A stretch of DNA of 64,000 nt from Nitrospira sp. GTDB taxonomy: Bacteria; Nitrospirota; Nitrospiria; Nitrospirales; Nitrospiraceae. The position numbers and the translations under genes are program-made. Location of the stretch: contig JAWOMO010000022.1 of the NCBI GenBank assembly GCA_033852435.1, forward strand, positions 91,448 through 155,447. Reading direction: 5' to 3'. Under the pieces are notes generated by a model. It was not told where the DNA came from. It did not search any database and saw only the letters and a program-made list of their open reading frames with translations. Numbering within the stretch: the first letter of the stretch is position 1; the number at the start of each line of letters is the position of its first letter. Shown here one piece after another: positions 63,160-64,000 of this stretch.

Positions 63160-64000
63160 ACTGCCACCTTGTGCCGCCCGCTGCGAAGATAGTTCATCGT
63201 GTGGACTGTCAATAAAATCGTAAAGTCCAGCTTCGCCTGTTCCTCGGGAAGGGGCAGACGCAGATGCAACTCGCGGCATCGCTGAATCATGTCCTCAAGA
63301 ACTTGATCGATGGTGTACTGATATTCCCCTGTCCAACTGGCAACCTTTCGACGAACCTCTCGACGGAACCGGTTGAGGAACGTGGCCGCGCTTAGCTTGT
63401 CGGCATGGGTCGGCGCGTCAGTAAATAATCGCTTGAGATCTGGATCGTAGAACGAGGATCTTGCAATACCGTAGTGGCTCCGCTTGCGTTGGTAATGTTC
63501 GCGAAGCGTTTTCTTCAAAGTGTGGAGCGGGTCGATAAGTTCCTTCGTCGTGACAATCGGAGGTACATTGGCCAACCCTCCCATGAGACCATCCATGTAT
63601 TGCAACTTTCTCAGAACGGGCCAGCCTTTGTAACGATCGGCCCACATCGAGTCCGGTGTAAGCCATACCGCAAACGTCTCAGCAAAATCCTCGTCCGGAT
63701 GGCTTTGCGCATACCACACATCGAGGTGTCGAACAAAGCTGCGGCTGTACGGCCTGGGGCTGTAGTACTTGGGATAGGGTTGGGAGGAGCGGCCAAAGAT
63801 TTGCTGCCGGCTTCGGAGGCGCCTGATGCGAAAGGCATTCTCGATCGCATGCCCGGCTTCATGCCGCAAAATGCGCATGCACCATTCGGCTGTCCCTCCT
63901 TCGACTTCCAACATTTGGGCCAGCTCAAGTTTTACGAGACGAGGGTGGGCGAGATAAAACGGGACGGCGATTCCGGGAACACCGTCAGGCGTGAACCATT
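63156..64000 (-). CDS. Putative zinc metallopeptidase (HExxH zincin, PF15887-like), 5' end off-window
   Basis: It has HEAGHAIENAF plus a downstream HPDEDFAE. The reading frame stays open to nt 64000 (…WFTPDGVPGIAVPFYLAHPRLVKLELAQMLEVEGG). Confidence 0.65.
   Translation of the reverse strand, partial: WFTPDGVPGIAVPFYLAHPRLVKLELAQMLEVEGGTAEWCMRILRHEAGHAIENAFRIRRLRSRQQIFGRSSQPYPKYYSPRPYSRSFVRHLDVWYAQSHPDEDFAETFAVWLTPDSMWADRYKGWPVLRKLQYMDGLMGGLANVPPIVTTKELIDPLHTLKKTLREHYQRKRSHYGIARSSFYDPDLKRLFTDAPTHADKLSAATFLNRFRREVRRKVASWTGEYQYTIDQVLEDMIQRCRELHLRLPLPEEQAKLDFTILLTVHTMNYLRSGRHKVAV

Overview
A gene-dense 64-kb chromosomal segment with about 70 protein-coding genes. I found no rRNA, tRNA, CRISPR array, transposase or integrase. 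GC is moderately high by eye (not computed). Protein sequences and gene order resemble Nitrospirota (Nitrospira-like), but I could not run a search to confirm this. Housekeeping content includes ftsK-lolA, pdxA-(small ORF)-rsmA, gpsA, truD, a dapL-like aminotransferase, folK-panC, rmuC, a family-5 uracil-DNA glycosylase, tal and gpmA. There is also a long minus-strand operon: argD-argF-argG-argH-(small lipoprotein)-(B12 radical SAM)-lysA-dapA-dapB. The points most worth a second look follow. (1) A ~196-nt structured palindromic repeat occurs in two copies (24181-24376 and 38005-38201). Each fills a convergent-gene junction, each supplies the TAG stop codon of the adjacent minus-strand gene, and the terminal helix shows compensatory changes between copies. 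(2) At the left edge, a USP/PCP_red x3/rubredoxin-type protein is translationally coupled to a radical SAM-SPASM enzyme carrying a fourth PCP_red repeat, followed by a CopD-like membrane protein. (3) A split version of the cyanobacterial ArgZ/AgrE arginine-catabolic enzyme is present as a TIGR00300/LOR-SDH protein plus a guanidino-modifying enzyme. (4) A B12-binding radical SAM protein with a STAS-like tail is embedded in the arg/lys operon. (5) A tightly packed cassette of three tiny ORFs includes two zinc ribbons, one of them apparently frameshifted. (6) Several uncharacterised coupled modules are present: RmuC-MazG-PilZ, an RPH-like dikinase plus glycerate kinase, an ATP-grasp ligase plus zincin, and Lon-N plus ABC-2 exporter plus SirB1-like. 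All functional calls rest on motif recognition by eye. Start codons are best guesses; stop coordinates are firm.
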